A stretch of DNA of 64,000 nucleotides from Octopus sinensis (GCF_006345805.1 NC_043009.1:16244001-16308000), one strand, 5' to 3'; shown: positions 39,231 to 53,288, counted from the first letter of the stretch. A program made the numbers and translations. The notes: generated from the letters alone by a model not told the origin.

Positions 39231-40128
39231 TGAGGTTCAGTCAAAAAATATCTGACTTTTGTAAAAATAAAAAAAAAACAAGTAATATTTTTTAAAAAAT
39301 CATAATTTTGGCTTCGTCTCCTTCAAAGTATTCCATTTGGGAGTCTACGCACTTCTGCCAGCGTTCCTGCCACTGCCTGAAACGTTTCTGAAAATCACTT
39401 TGTGGAATGCTGTAGAGCTGTGCCGTCAATTTTACTTAATGTTCTCTGTTGACTCAAATCTTCTCCCGTTGAGGGTTTTTCTTTTTTTTAGCTTTGACAA
39501 TAGCCAACAGTCACACGAAGCCAAGTCTGAAGAGTAGAAAGCCTGACGAACAAGTGGTGTGTTCTGCTTGACGTAGAATGCTTGAACGACGTGGGCGGAA
39601 TGAGCGGGTGCGTTGTTATGCTGGAGCTGCTAGTTCTTTGCTACCCGCTGGTGCTCAATAGATACGCGACGGTCTTCATAGATTATTCCTCAAACTTTTG
39701 CAATAATTTGTCGTTTCTGCTAGTCGATGGTCCGCCACAACGTGGCTCACTATCCACTGAGGTGCAGCCATCTTTGAACTAGTTGTACCATTCCTTTATT
39801 TGTGTTTTCCCATAGCATCATCTCCATAGGTATTCTGAATATTTCGATAGTCTGGGATTGCGTATCACCAGGTTTTTGACAGAATTTGATACAGTATCTT
39901 TGCTCAATGCGTTCGGTCATCTTGATGCAAAAAGAAAAATCGCACAGCACACTCTTCACGTCTGTATTCAACGCCTCACTGCGGATTACCGGCGCAACCT
40001 ACAGACATGAAAATGTTTGCGCATGCTCAGGAAGGACGCAGCCACCCAATACCCATGCGGATTTTACTCACGCGTTATTACTTTGTGCAAAAAAAAATCA
40101 AGGTCGGATACTTTTCAACTACACTTCG
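39231..40128 (-). mobile_element. Internally deleted mariner (DD34D-type) transposon with both TIRs and TA TSD
   Basis: TA|TGAGGTTCAGTCAAAAAATATCTGAC ... GTCGGATACTTTTCAACTACACTTCG|TA. Remnant MTERIEQRYCIKFCQK (ATG 39920) is joined to QHNNAPAHSAH...YSSDLASCDCWL...EYFEGD, so the central part is missing. Confidence 0.92.
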
Positions 40129-40996
40129 TAATATAGACAAAAATTACTAAATACGGTTCTGAATTAATAGGAATTAAAAAATGTTTAACTAACTTTTGAG
40201 TCATATGTATAAATGCGTGTGTGTGTGCGTGTGTGCGTGTGTGTGCGTGTGCGCGCGTGTGCATGAATTTGTATATATGTATGTGTGTGTATATATATAT
40301 GTGTGTGTATATATATGTGCATATGTATATAGGTGTGTGTGTGTGTATCTGTATGTATGTATATACATATGTCTGTAGATATATATGAGTGTGTATATGT
40401 GTATATATACACACACACATATATATACAACATATATGTATGTATTTGTGTGTGTTCCCGCGCGTGCGTGCATGTATATATACATACATTTTTACTGCTA
40501 GATCTAGTGACCCTTTATGCTAATTTCATACACACTTTAAAATTAATCTTATCCTATTTATGGGAAGAGCTCCTGGCCTTCATCCCCGACGTATGTATTT
40601 CTCATTGGTAATGCTTTTACCTATGCATAAATGTAACTCTTTTCTCAAATAGACTACACTTCATATTCGAGGTTCCGATGAGACTAAAGGGTGTTACTCA
40701 AGCATGCCACAATGAGTCCACAGCATCTTATAGAAGAAACAGCTGTCAGCTAATGAATTACATAAGTTAATAGCTTCTTCCTTTGTCATTCATTTTATTT
40801 TCTTAACTTCTGAGAACTCTAAAACGTATAGGAGAGTATTAAATGTCTCTACAATGATGTTATAGATTGAAAGGAGAGAAAATATGTGTAATAAAGTTTA
40901 TCGATAAGGGGTGTGTATTTTTTAACTTTACTCTATAATCTTAAGGACACACTTTCTGTATTAATTGTCCAATAAACTATCCATAACACTCAGTTA

Positions 40997-41170
40997 TATT
41001 GGTTTCAAATTTCGGCACAAGGCTAGACATTTTATAGTCGATTACATCGACCCCAGGATTCAGAGTACTTATTTCACCGACCGCAAAAGGCAAAGTCGAC
41101 CTGGGCAGCGTTTGAGCTCAGAACATAAAGACGGACGAAATGCTAAGCATTTTGCCCGGTGTACTAACTT
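40997..41170 (-). mobile_element. SINE family A, diverged
   Basis: AAAGGCAAAGTCGACCT...TTTGAGCTCAGAACATAAAGACGGACGAAATGCTAAGC. Confidence 0.8.
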
Positions 41171-42884
41171 GTTTGAAACTTGTAACTCTCACCTATACTC
41201 ACACTTAATGCACCTCAAGGAAAATAGCTTAAAACGTGTGGGTTTTGCTTTCCTTTTTGTAATTCAGCAATCCCAATCAATATTCTTACTGTAGAAAACT
41301 GCAAACTTTATCGTGTGGATTGAATTTAGGGTCCTTTACAGTCGCTTAAGCCACAAAATAATGAAGAAAGTACCATGAAGCTGGAGAATTTAATGGAATA
41401 CTGAAAGGGGAGTTGCGCTGCTTTATCTGGAAAATTACTGTCTAGAAAATTACTGTCCTAAAGAAAATTCTTCTAGAAAATTACTGTCCAACTGTGCAAA
41501 AGAAAACTTTAAGCGAAATATTATCTCAACCACATGATATATGTCATGTGGACAACACGACCATCTTTTGTAGAAGAATATTGTTAATTTGATTGACAGC
41601 CGCATTATATTTTAGTTGGATTTGCACTAGAGAAGACTGAAAATGGAAGCTAAATATTGAAAAGCATCGGAATCGTATTATGCACAAAATGGTGAACCAT
41701 AAATTGAGTAAGGTTTGAAATATTCGATAATTTCACTCAGCAATGGCATCAGTTACGCTTTACTCACATATACTCTCTCTCTCTCTCTCAAATCACAATC
41801 TATCATTAAAAAAATGGCAGTGAACAATTTATTCCCTGAAATACAAAAGACAAGATGATCATGACAAAAAGCTTTTGATTATGCATCTGCTAACATGGAT
41901 CTGCCTATAAGCATCCACAGCAAAAGTAATATAGTAAGAGCAGCAGTAACAGTAGCAGTATTTCACGTATTCACAAACTCCAATATAGAGAAGTAATTAA
42001 TTTTCTTAGGGATGATCATATTTTGCCGATTAAGCAGACACACATTTGGCCTTCACTTCAGCTTTATTATTATTTTAGTTACTTTGTCAAAGCTCTTTCG
42101 TCACACATCCTATAGCCTCATCAACGACTCTTTATCTTGGATTGGTTTCGATGAATTTTTCTCCGTATGTGTTGTTGTCGTTGTTGTTGTTGCTGCTGCT
42201 GTTGGTGTTGTTGTTGTTTTTGTTGAAGATTCTGCGTTTTAACTGAACTATTTCCTATAGAAACTTTTCTAATTTTTGTACGTTACTTAAACCATAAACC
42301 CTACAAGAAGGAATGTATAAAAATATATCTTTTATTAATATTTAAAGACCACCGTAGGTTCATTTGATATGTATTCAAGCCATAATCTCACAGAATAATA
42401 GGCTTTGAGAATCCCAAAACCTAAATAAATTATCTTTTCAAGATAATGTATAAAGTTTTTTTTTCTATCCCTTTCGGCTTTCATATTCGTTCATAGAAGG
42501 CATTCAAGCTACAAATTTTACTACCAACACCACAAACAATACCAACACATTCCTCACTACCAGTAAGCCACCACTACCATCACTATCCTCATCATCATCA
42601 TCATCATTATGATAATAAATATTACTATCGGCAGCATTTTCAACATTATCGGCATTGTAATCATCAGCCACGTCATTGAATCTACGTTTCTTCATTCGTT
42701 TAATAACGGACAATAATTCCAGTCAAGCAATTGTAACCGTATGTATCTGCGTTTATGTGACTTTGTGTAAAAATGGAAAATAATATTTAAAGACAGATGC
42801 GTAGGAAGATAGATAATAGATGACGTACGGAAATACATGCAAGTATATCCATCAATACACACACATATACACACAAACACACAA

Positions 42885-43003
<119 letters not shown>

Positions 43004-44085
43004 GATATATACATATATGGATATATATTATATATATATATATAGATATATACATACATACATATATATATGTGCATATGTTCATACATGCATATATTTA
43101 TTTACGTGTGTGTGTGTGTGTGCATATTGTAAATATAAATTTACTCGCATATATACATATACGCATACACACACACGCACACACACACAGAGACACATGT
43201 GTGTGTATGTGTATGTCTCTGTATGTGTGTGTGTGTGTACGTGTGTGTGCGTGTGTGTGTGTGCGTGTGACTGCATGTATGTTTCTGTTCGTGTATATGT
43301 ATGTGCGTGAGAGGAAGAAAGAAGGAAAGAGAAGTAGTATATGTTTTTTTTTTAATTACATAGATTCAGCAGTTTACAGTTCATTGGAGCCAGACCAAGA
43401 TGTTTCTCTTTTAGAAAGCTACATGTATTTTTATCATATTTTAACTCTTTTTGGTTCAACCTTCAGAATAGGAATCATCTTCGAGATTCTGATACGTCAA
43501 AGTTTGATGAAATAGCATATTCATGTACAATTGCATGTTCATGAGTAAGTCCTTTGATCACCGAAAAGACAAGATTTTTATGTGACAGAAGACATATTTG
43601 CAATCACCCAATCTGCGTTCAAATCCTGAAACATACAGATGAACCACGGCATCTCACATCTGATAAGGATATTACAGAGAGGTAGATTTTGCTATCCTTA
43701 AATCTAGGTTAGAATTAGAAATGTTTACTGTTGATGATAGAAACTAGATTGTTTAACTGTTGTGTTGTAAAGATGGTGCGACACAATCTGTAGAGTGCCA
43801 GGTTAAATTTCATGCAGCGTTTAGTTACGTCATATTACGTTCAAATGTTCTTGACGTCAACGCTGTGAATCATCCTTCTGCACTCAATAAAAATCCAATA
43901 GTCGTATTGTAGCATGGGTCGCCATTTTGGTTATAAATATTTAAGAAATACATGTTTAGACATTTACAACCAGATATCCTCAAGTAACACACGCTAAAAG
44001 AGTACTAGTTATTAGAAGTGCCTCCTAAATCCTCTCCAGTTTCTGTCTTCATTGCAATATACTGACATCTAGTTTCTTTATGGTG

Positions 44086-44136
<51 letters not shown>

Positions 44137-44197
44137 TATATATATATTATATATATATATATATATAATAAAAATAATCTAAATACTAATATAAATA

Positions 44198-44289
44198 GTG
44201 ACTTTCTTCAACTCGACATATGATGATACTTTTGACACTTTAAATGACCGCTGGCTATCAAAAAGAGAAATAGGCGAACAATCGCAAGG

Positions 44290-44377
<88 letters not shown>

Positions 44378-44678
44378 TTTATTTATATATCAGCCTTCGC
44401 TATGATACATCGCTTTATTTTCTCTCCTTGTTTCTTTCTATAGAAGAGCGTAGGCTCGAAACGTTAACGACTTTTTCACTTCCCGGGCGTTATACTAATA
44501 CATCTATTTGTTGTCTACATCACTTGTCTTCGTCTTTTGTTTTTTGGCGGGGAATTCTATGTATATTGTAAATTATATATATAATCCCTTGCGATTTTTC
44601 GTTTATTTCTCTTTTTGATAGCCAGTGCTCATTTAAAGTGTCAAGATTATCATCGTATGCTGAGTTGAAGAAAGTCAC
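44198..44678. repeat. Inverted ~92-bp arms enclosing (TA)n and a family X fragment
   Basis: 44198-44289 (GTGACTTTCTTCAACTC...ATCGCAAGG) is the reverse complement of 44586-44678 at roughly 87% identity. Confidence 0.88.
44390..44580 (+). mobile_element. Family X fragment (HHR core decayed to CUAUAGA)
   Basis: TAGAAGAGCGTAGGCTCGAAACGTTAAC at 44441-44468, flanked by (TA)n. Confidence 0.6.
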
Positions 44679-44926
44679 TGCTCAAAATAGAAAACAAATC
44701 AAAAGTTTTTATAATTAGTTGTCAATATAAGTATTTGTGTATGTGCATGTATACGTGTGTGTGTGCGCGCGCATGTGTGTATATTTAAGATAAACATGAA
44801 TAAGCAAGTCAATAAACATATAAACTGAGAGCAAATAAGAAGGAAGGAAGAGAGATGAATTATAGTTATAAATGAAGATATAGAAAGCTGAAAGGAGAGA
44901 ATGAAAAATTATAGAAGTAGTCATAC

Positions 44927-45064
44927 CTCTCTTCATGTCTTTGTAAGTTATATTGGCCAGCGCTTCAACTTTCATGGGGAACAACTCCACTTCATATTTT
45001 AGGATGGTTTCAGAGAACCACGAGTCCACAATTTCGGTCTCATTGTGCGCAGTTTCCAGTATAC
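44927..45064 (-). CDS. Exon of an ionotropic glutamate receptor-like gene (start of amino-terminal domain)
   Basis: Acceptor ttccttt gttgtag|GT (CT at 45065-45066 on +), donor AGAG|gtatga (AC at 44925-44926). 138 nt, phase 1/1, open frame GILETAHNETEIVDSWFSETILKYEVELFPMKVEALANITYKDMKR, which joins in frame to the 15293-15538 exon (KR-V-IDTLE). Confidence 0.78.
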
Positions 45065-45685
45065 CTACAACAAAGGAATAACAAAGAATATAATACACTG
45101 AATTATTTTTGGTCTTACTTTTTAGAGAATTTGAAGATGTAACCCAGAAAACGATGTGACTTTAAGAAACAAACGATCGTTAAGACATGCAATCAGCCTC
45201 CGTAAGCAAACTCCTTGAGAATTATTCATGTTTATATCAATATCCAGAATAGATCAGTGGATGATGTAGAAGGAACGGTTGGGGTAACAGTAAAATTATG
45301 TAAGCTGCCATATGAAATGATTGTATATGGAGCAAATACTTCTAATATTACTCTAAAATTGCACTAAACTTATAATCCCTAAAGAAAACTTGCAGGTCAC
45401 ACAAGAAAGATTACCATATCTGCCGATTCGCTGTGTCTGAATAAAAAGTTTCTTTTGATTGAACTCTTTAAATATTTAAATTGTGACTATCATTTCATTC
45501 ATCATCATATCACTCATCTTTATCATCTTCTTTAGTCAGCATCCTTATTATATCATAATCATCATAATCATTATCATTTATTACAATCACCATCAGTTTT
45601 ATCATTGTCGGCTCTAATCTTATCAACATCTAAAGAAAATATTTATAATTGTTCTCGTATCTTTCACTTTTTTCTTTTCCTTTTT

Positions 45686-45940
45686 TTTACTTACTTGTTT
45701 CAGTCACTTGACTGCTGTCATGCTGGGGCAATGCCTTGGAGATTTTTTTTAGTCGAATGTATCGACCCCAGACCTAGTCTACTAATCTCTTTTGCTGAAC
45801 CTCTAAGTTACAGGGACGTAAACTCCCCAGCGCTGGTTGTCAGGCGGTGGTGCAGGACAAACCCAAACACAAACACACAAACACACACACACACACACAC
45901 GCACAAACACACACACACACACACGAAAACACACACACTT

Positions 45941-46003
<63 letters not shown>

Positions 46004-46183
46004 ATATATATATACACCCCTATATACATGTATCTATACCTTCTTTCAGTTTCCGTCAACCCAATCACAAGGCTTTGGTCGACCTGGTGCTATAGTAGAA
46101 GATACTTGCCCTAGGTGCTATGCAGCGGGACTGAACCATGTGGTTAGGAAGTAAGCTTCTTACCACACAGCCACAACTGCACC
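45686..46183 (-). mobile_element. SINE family B, full length, diverged
   Basis: Head (CCACACAGCCAC) and tail (TTGTTTCAGTCA) with an internal (CA)n(TA)n tract. Confidence 0.88.
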
Positions 46184-46819
46184 AATCATAAATATTTTTC
46201 TAATTTTATCTTCCCGGGGTCGTTAAACTAAGAACCAATCGTATACTAAATCCATTAAACAGTCAACAGGAATTCCTCTAAATCTGTGCTGATCTATTTT
46301 CATGACAAATTATTATTATTGAAGAGCAATTGTAAAATCGATATGCGGAGGATTGGTTGCATTTAGCTTTGCTGTTTATGTCCTCAGTTCAAATTTCCTT
46401 GGGGATCAAATTCACCTTTTATACTTTTGAAGCTGATACATAAAGACAGATTCTTTGGTTAATTTCATCAATTGAGCACACCCATCGCATTACAATAGGA
46501 CTCTTTGTGACTAGTCGTCGCATAGCAGTGGAATTATGGAATCGTTAGAGATTTCGACAACTGTGTCCTATAATTTGAGAGTAATAAAAAACCCATTGTC
46601 ATTAGAATATAGAAGCGGAGTAATAGAATTACTAGATGCCTAGCAACATTACATGTAACACTTTACGTTCTGATATCAAGCACATCACGTTGATACCAAA
46701 TTGCCTTTCATCCTTTCGGGATCGATAAAATGAGCAACAGTTAAGTACTTCTGTCATTATAATTGCCAGTTCCTATCCCAAAATGTGTGGTCTTGTGCCT
46801 ATTTTAAAACCATAATTAT

Positions 46820-46907
<88 letters not shown>

Positions 46908-47803
46908 GGTGCTGGTGGTGTTGGTGATGTTGGTGGTGGTTTTGGTATAACAGTAGTAGTTGTAGTATCGCTGTCAAATCACCGAACGAATACTGGAACT
47001 TTAAATTATGTTATACAGGATTCGTGACAATAAATGTCTCTTAATTTCCCATCTGCCTAAACTATAACTTTTGTTAACCCTCATGGGAAAAACAGAAATA
47101 ATTATTTCCAATTCGATCATAAAAAAGAGCAACATGTGAGAAGTATCGAACGTTAAAAACCTACCGAGTGATAGTCGGACTTTATCTTTGTTATCTTTAG
47201 TTTTCGTTATTTCTATTTTACCTCATTCTATTTTTCCTTTTTAAAAAGAGATAAATCAATAATATTAACAAAATTATGAATAATAGATTATAAAATTCTG
47301 CTGAAGTTTTGTATTTCGGTAAGCATTTTGCTGTTGAAGTGTTTGGACAATATACACATTAGTTAGGATTTCTGCCGCCAGGTGTCGTCTATTCAATCCT
47401 ATACAAAAGACAACCGACTGCATTATGTTTCAGGAAATATTTTATTATGTTTATAAATTTTAAAAAGCCAAATAGCCTTTGCCAAACAATAAAATATTTT
47501 CAAATATTTGTCGTAGTTATCGTTGCGGTTGTTTCGTCCCTCTTAAAGTTGCTCTAGAGAATTAAAATTCAACACGTTTCCTGTCTTATTTACTTCTATC
47601 TTGTATAAGCTTCCGTTCACTTACGTGGAGAGAACTTTAATAATACTCCATTTACATTCCGTTAACTGAAGTTGGAAATAATGGTGGATGAAAAGTGTAA
47701 TTTATAACTGTCGTTTAAACCAAGACACGTTTAAACCAAGGTTGTGCAATGAGTCGGTTATTACTATAATTACCTTGTTTGCCATTTGTGTGTAAGTTTG
47801 TGA

Positions 47804-47871
<68 letters not shown>

Positions 47872-48570
47872 GTGTGTGTGTGTGTGCGTGTGTGTCGATG
47901 TAAGTGCGCGCGATTTTTTTTACATGACATGCCGAATTGTTATAATCAGTCTTGCTAACATAATGTAAATATATAATTACGTCCGAGCCAACACTTTTAG
48001 GCGGCCTTCAATATAGTTGCCCCACCTAGTATATAAATATCAGCCGTACCTTACTCAAATTACATATATTTTTAAAGCAAGTACATCGTACTTGCTTTAG
48101 AAATAAAGGACAGTCATTCTCAATTAAATATACTATTCTAAATACTAGTCTGCGGTTAAGTAACATAAAATATAATTGTGTGTGTGCATGTGCTTGTGGG
48201 TGTGTGTGTATGTGTTTGTGTGTGCATGCGCACGCATACACACACACGCACAAACACGAGTGGTCGTGCTAAATTTCTGGTTCATTATTTCAGGTTTCAA
48301 CTGCTTAACAAACAGTGTTGGTGTGTTTATGTTCCCGTGAATTAGCGGTTCGGCTAAAGAGCAACAGAATCACGCTTTGAAAAGAAAAGTAAGTACTGAG
48401 GTTGACTGTATCAACTAAAATTTTTCAGGACGGTGCATCAGCATAGTCGCTGTCTAATGACTGAAACCGGTGAAGGTCAACTTATTTGATCAGCTTTAGT
48501 TACAGATTATCAACGAGTCAGTTATTGGTTCATTCGGTTTACGAGGGAAAGGGTAACCAAGTATTTTCAG

Positions 48571-48791
48571 GCGGCGAGCTGGCAGAAACGTTAGCACGCC
48601 GGGCGAAATGCCTAGCGGTATTTTGTCTGCCGCTACGTTCTGAGTTCAAATTCCGCCGAGGTCGACTTTGCCTTTCATCCTTTCGGGGTCGATTAAATAA
48701 GTGCCAGTTACGCAATGGGGTCGATATAATCGACTTAATCCGTTTGTCTGTCCTCTCTGTATTTAGCCCCTTGTGGGTAGTAAAGAAATAG
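48571..48791 (+). mobile_element. tRNA-derived SINE family A with 10-bp TSD
   Basis: GCGGCGAGCTGGCAGAAACGTTAGC...GAGTTCAAATTCCGCCGAGGTCGACTTTGCC. GTATTTTCAG at 48561-48570 and 48792-48801. Confidence 0.92.
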
Positions 48792-49200
48792 GTATTTTCA
48801 GTGTAAATCAGAGCAAACCAGAAATGGAAGTAAGTTTCGTTCTAGAACAACCGTTTCTCGGTTTCTCGCATTGTTTCTTATCTTTTCTTGATAAAACTAT
48901 CTTCAAAGATATGGACAGATGCATATATCTATCATATTGAATAATGTAGATTTTATGCATTTATGCGCACGCACGCACACACACACACACATATGCACAT
49001 TCTGTGTCAGATCACAAAAGTCCTCGAAAAATCATTAAGGTAAATATAAAAAGTAAATATATAACATTGTCTCTTGTTGTATAACCTGGACATAGTTTAG
49101 ATGCGAGAACGAGAAACAACTTAAAAAACCGTAACATACGACAGATTCGAATATAATCAGCTATTTATACACATATAAAAATGTCTATGCATATATATAT

Positions 49201-49215
49201 ATATATATATATAGG

Positions 49216-49257
<42 letters not shown>

Positions 49258-49426
49258 AATGTGTGTATATATTTACTATTCGTGCTATTAAGTTTGACAT
49301 GGCTTGGGCCAATGCTGGTTGAAGCCCAAACCATGTCAAACTTAATAGCACCTCTTGTAAATATATACACATATTTACTCTTTCTCTCTCCTTCTCTCTC
49401 TCTCTCTCTCATACACACACATGCAT

Positions 49427-49440
<14 letters not shown>
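49201..49440. repeat. Fold-back with 28-bp core stem and mirrored microsatellites
   Basis: GTGCTATTAAGTTTGACATGGCTTGGGC / GCCCAAACCATGTCAAACTTAATAGCAC (49282-49351, 1 mismatch). Pairing continues through GTAAATATATACACA, (GA)n/(TC)n and (GT)n/(AC)n. Confidence 0.93.
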
Positions 49441-49500
<60 letters not shown>

Positions 49501-49545
49501 TATAATATATAATATATATATATATATATGTATGTATATATATAT

Positions 49546-50092
49546 TTAAATTTCAAACGAAACTAGAATTCTAGTATGATCATCTCGCTTGCTGTAGGGC
49601 GGTTAGCTTCCCTGTCAGTACATAGACTTGTGCTTCTTTGCGGCTGAGAGGGCTTTTACCTCTTCTTTCTAGCAATGTATGTGCATCGTCAGTCACTATT
49701 AGTGACAATTGAATTCTTACTTTTTGGTCTTATATTGCTTATAGCCGCCTCGAATTTTTATAATTTTCACATTACCATTTTGCTGAATCATCCATTGATT
49801 CATATGGTAAATACTATAATACTGACAGTCTGGATTTGGCCAAACCATTCAGCGACGGAATAATCATCACTGAAGGGCTTTAATTTCAAGCGAAAGTAGA
49901 GCTCTAGTATAATGATCTCGCTCGCTGTGGGGCGGTTAGCTCCTTAGTCAGTACATAGACTTGTGCTTCTTTGTAGTTAAGAGGTGTTTTACCAGTTATT
50001 TCTAGCAATGTAAGTTCTACTCTGCACCGTCAGTCACATTTCGTAACAAATGAATTTTTCTTTTTTTGGATTTATATTGCTTATAGCCACCT
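49546..50092 (+). repeat. Diverged direct repeat, 333-bp period (~1.6 units), HHR-containing
   Basis: AATTTCAA(A/G)CGAAA...CTAGTAT...GGGCGGTTAGCT...GTCAGTACATAGACTTGTGCTTCTTTG...TATATTGCTTATAGCC occurs twice. GAAA at 49559 and 49892. Confidence 0.9.
49863..49916 (+). ncRNA. Decayed type I hammerhead in a 333-bp dimer
   Basis: AUCAUCA-CUGAAGG-GCUU(UAAUUUC)AAGC-GAAA-GUAGAGCUCUAG-UA-UAAUGAU. The upstream copy keeps a clean 3' half, GAAA-CUAGAAUUCUAG-UA-UGAU (49559-49580). Confidence 0.6.
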
Positions 50093-50159
50093 TTGCTGTA
50101 AACATATATATATATATATAAATAAATACATATACATATATATGTATGCATGTATGTAT

Positions 50160-50256
<97 letters not shown>

Positions 50257-51105
50257 CTTCTATACTTATAATTGTGTTTGTGGGGGGGTGTATGTAGGTG
50301 CGCATGTGTGTGTGTGTGCGGGTATGCGTATGTAGGTGTGTGTGTGTGTGTGTGTGTATGTGTGTGTGCGTGTGTGTGAGTGTGCATGTATGCATGTCAA
50401 AAATTTGAACCCTGTCTCTTAAACCGGATCTTATTTAAGTTTTCGAGACGTTTCAGCGACTGACCATAAAACCATCCGGCTTAACAGAATAACAGTCTAT
50501 CTTGTGATTGATCCTCCTACCGTGTCCGCTACTTCTTTTCAGCTGAGTGGATTGAAGTATCGAAAAATGAAAAGGGTTTCTCAAACCCAACACTCATACA
50601 CGGCTAAGCGCCTTTAAATACAGGTTTGTCTTCTGTTTGTGAATGTGTGTGTGTTTGGGTGTGTACGTGAGCGCGTGTGTGCGTGTGTGTATGAGTGCGT
50701 GTTCATTAAACTCTGGTAAAAGCACCACAGAGTATTGTTAATCGTTAAACAGTTACAATGGAAGTGCATGTAAGAGAGGCTTCACTTTTACAAAGTTCCC
50801 ATTCATCTAACGAAAACCTTGGTCCTGAATAGTAAAGCATTGTGGAGAATCTTGAAAAAGTTAGGGCGCCCACCTAATTTTGCTGTCTTCTTTGCCTAAC
50901 AAACTTGTATAAAGACCTGCATCATGCCAGTGTGTATTTAACAGCATTGCCCGCAGTGTTGAATACCTAGAGTTTGGTAATTACCTCAAAGTTCTTGGTA
51001 GATATACTACCTAAACTCTTAGAGATGTATGTGTGCAAGGTTTGATACATACCTCCTTGAAATATCAATGCTAATGATAGATTTGTGATCTTGTTTTATC
51101 TATTA

Positions 51106-51940
51106 CTAGCAGTATTGCCCGGCTCGTGCGCTCGTGCGTTCTATGCACGCGCGAATTACGCTAAACTTCGATGAAATTCAATCAAAATTCAATTATTTTG
51201 GTTTTAAAATCAAGCATTTAATGCCCTCTATTTTTGCGCTTATGTGTTCCATTTCCTCAATAGGAAGTACGTAGAAGCGTTTCATAAATTTTTGTTGATC
51301 AAATAATTGCATTGTTGAATTATTCTTTTAGATCAGTATTTCTCAACGGGGATTTCAGGGGAGAGTTTCAGGGAGTCGCTGGCGATGTATCGTGATGATC
51401 AAAAATCTGGCCTGCTAAAATTTGGTTAAAGTGATTCAAACTGCAGACTCAACGCAAAATGGTCACATTTAATTCAAAGCGTTAAAAATGTTATGAAAAC
51501 AATTGGTATGTGTTCACAAAGTCCAAACGATTAATACGAAAAAACCCTCCAGGCTACATCCCGAAAATTCATTTCTTTGCCGAATTTCTACAATGTTTAC
51601 GGCGATTCGTTTTTATATCTTTATTTTTTTTTTTCATGCAATTTACGCATGCTTGCACGCGTGGTGAACACAGTTCACGTCCAACAGCTGACTGAGTAAA
51701 GTTCACTATTCAATACATGGGATAAGGCCTAAACAAACACATTATCGATTTTTGCACTTGCGAGATAAATTTCGGAACAGAAATAGCGCAGTTCAATTTT
51801 CATTCGCCTAAACTTTAAGTGACCCATTTTTTGTGGTTCTACGATTTGTTGGCTAGGAGGAGATGTGCCGGGAAGTTAAACACACAGACACACACACAGA
51901 TACACACACATACACACAAGTTGAGTTTTATATATATAGA
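51106..51940 (-). mobile_element. Non-autonomous Helitron, 3' end related to 35627-36031
   Basis: Minus strand A|TCTATATATATAAAACTCAACTTGTGTG 5' end and GCCGGGCAATACTGCTAG|T 3' end. Confidence 0.8.
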
Positions 51941-52505
51941 TATCCTGTCGTTTGGTCAAACAGTTCCTGTCCGAATGGACTACTAAAATCCATCTTATTC
52001 ATTGCCTATCGTTTTCAAACGTCCCAAACATTATGTCAGCACAATTTTCAGCAGCATCCATGTTATAATGAATGAGAAATTTATCCAACTTCTTGATGTA
52101 TCTGCATTTATAACCTGCTTTGGCGAATATAAGGCATCTATTAGTATGCGATAGATTATTTCATCAAATCTCTCCACATTCCCGATGACTAAAATAAAAT
52201 TTGTCTTGAAGATGGATACTTGATTATAGTTGTAGGTAGAAAAATTGATCCTCTATTGCGAATCTAGACAACATTTCCGCGTTTCTTTTTAATTTCCTGT
52301 TGGTCAAGCAGTTCGGGGAAAACCAATTATATTGACCCCAGGATTGACTGGTTAATATCTATGCATAATCATGATAGATATGTAGATACAGAAACACATT
52401 TACACGCACAGACAAAGATGTACACGTATGAATATACGTATACATGTGTATGTGTGTGTATAAATATATGAACATATAAATATATATATACATATATACA
52501 TACAT

Positions 52506-52545
<40 letters not shown>

Positions 52546-52546
52546 T

Positions 52547-52578
<32 letters not shown>

Positions 52579-52975
52579 TGTATGTATAAATATATATACT
52601 GTGGATTCTTTTCGTAAACGATTGAGGAAGGAATCCTAACTAGGTATCTTTACTTTGATCTTCAGCTGCGCACTGGTTAGTACGAAAAAGAGGTTTTCTG
52701 GTCTGACAGGCCAACTTTATTGTTTATTCTTTCAGGTTGGGAAGCAAATCCGGCCTTGCTGCGTGGTACGAGTCCACAAAACTACAAACAAAATCCTTTT
52801 AAGTAGGATCTCGTTGGTACAGCAGCTTCAGATTCACATCATGTTTCTGTCTACTCACTTTAAACTATTCTAAGCTAGTGAAACATATTGTTCTCCGTTA
52901 GTTTCGTTTTCATTAAAGCCTTTCAATAAGTCAAGATCAATATTACAACACTTGAAGTTATCATTAAACATACAC

Positions 52976-53035
<60 letters not shown>

Positions 53036-53055
53036 TATATATATATATATATATA

Positions 53056-53240
53056 GGGAGAGTTTACGATAAAACAAAAGACAAAGACAGGTGGTGTACA
53101 AAACAAACGGATGTATTAGTATAACGCTCAGGAATAGAAAAAGTCTTTTACGTGTTGAGCCTACGCTCTTCTACAGAAAGGGACACAGAAAAACAAGGAG
53201 AGAAAAAATGTGTGTAGTGGCTAACGATCTATCACTGTGG
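53056..53240 (-). mobile_element. Family X fragment (core CUGUAGA, GAAA lost)
   Basis: Reverse complement reads TTTCTGTAGAAGAGCGTAGGCTCAACACGTAAAAGACT. Both ends lie in (TA)n. Confidence 0.6.
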
Positions 53241-53242
53241 TA

Positions 53243-53288
<46 letters not shown>

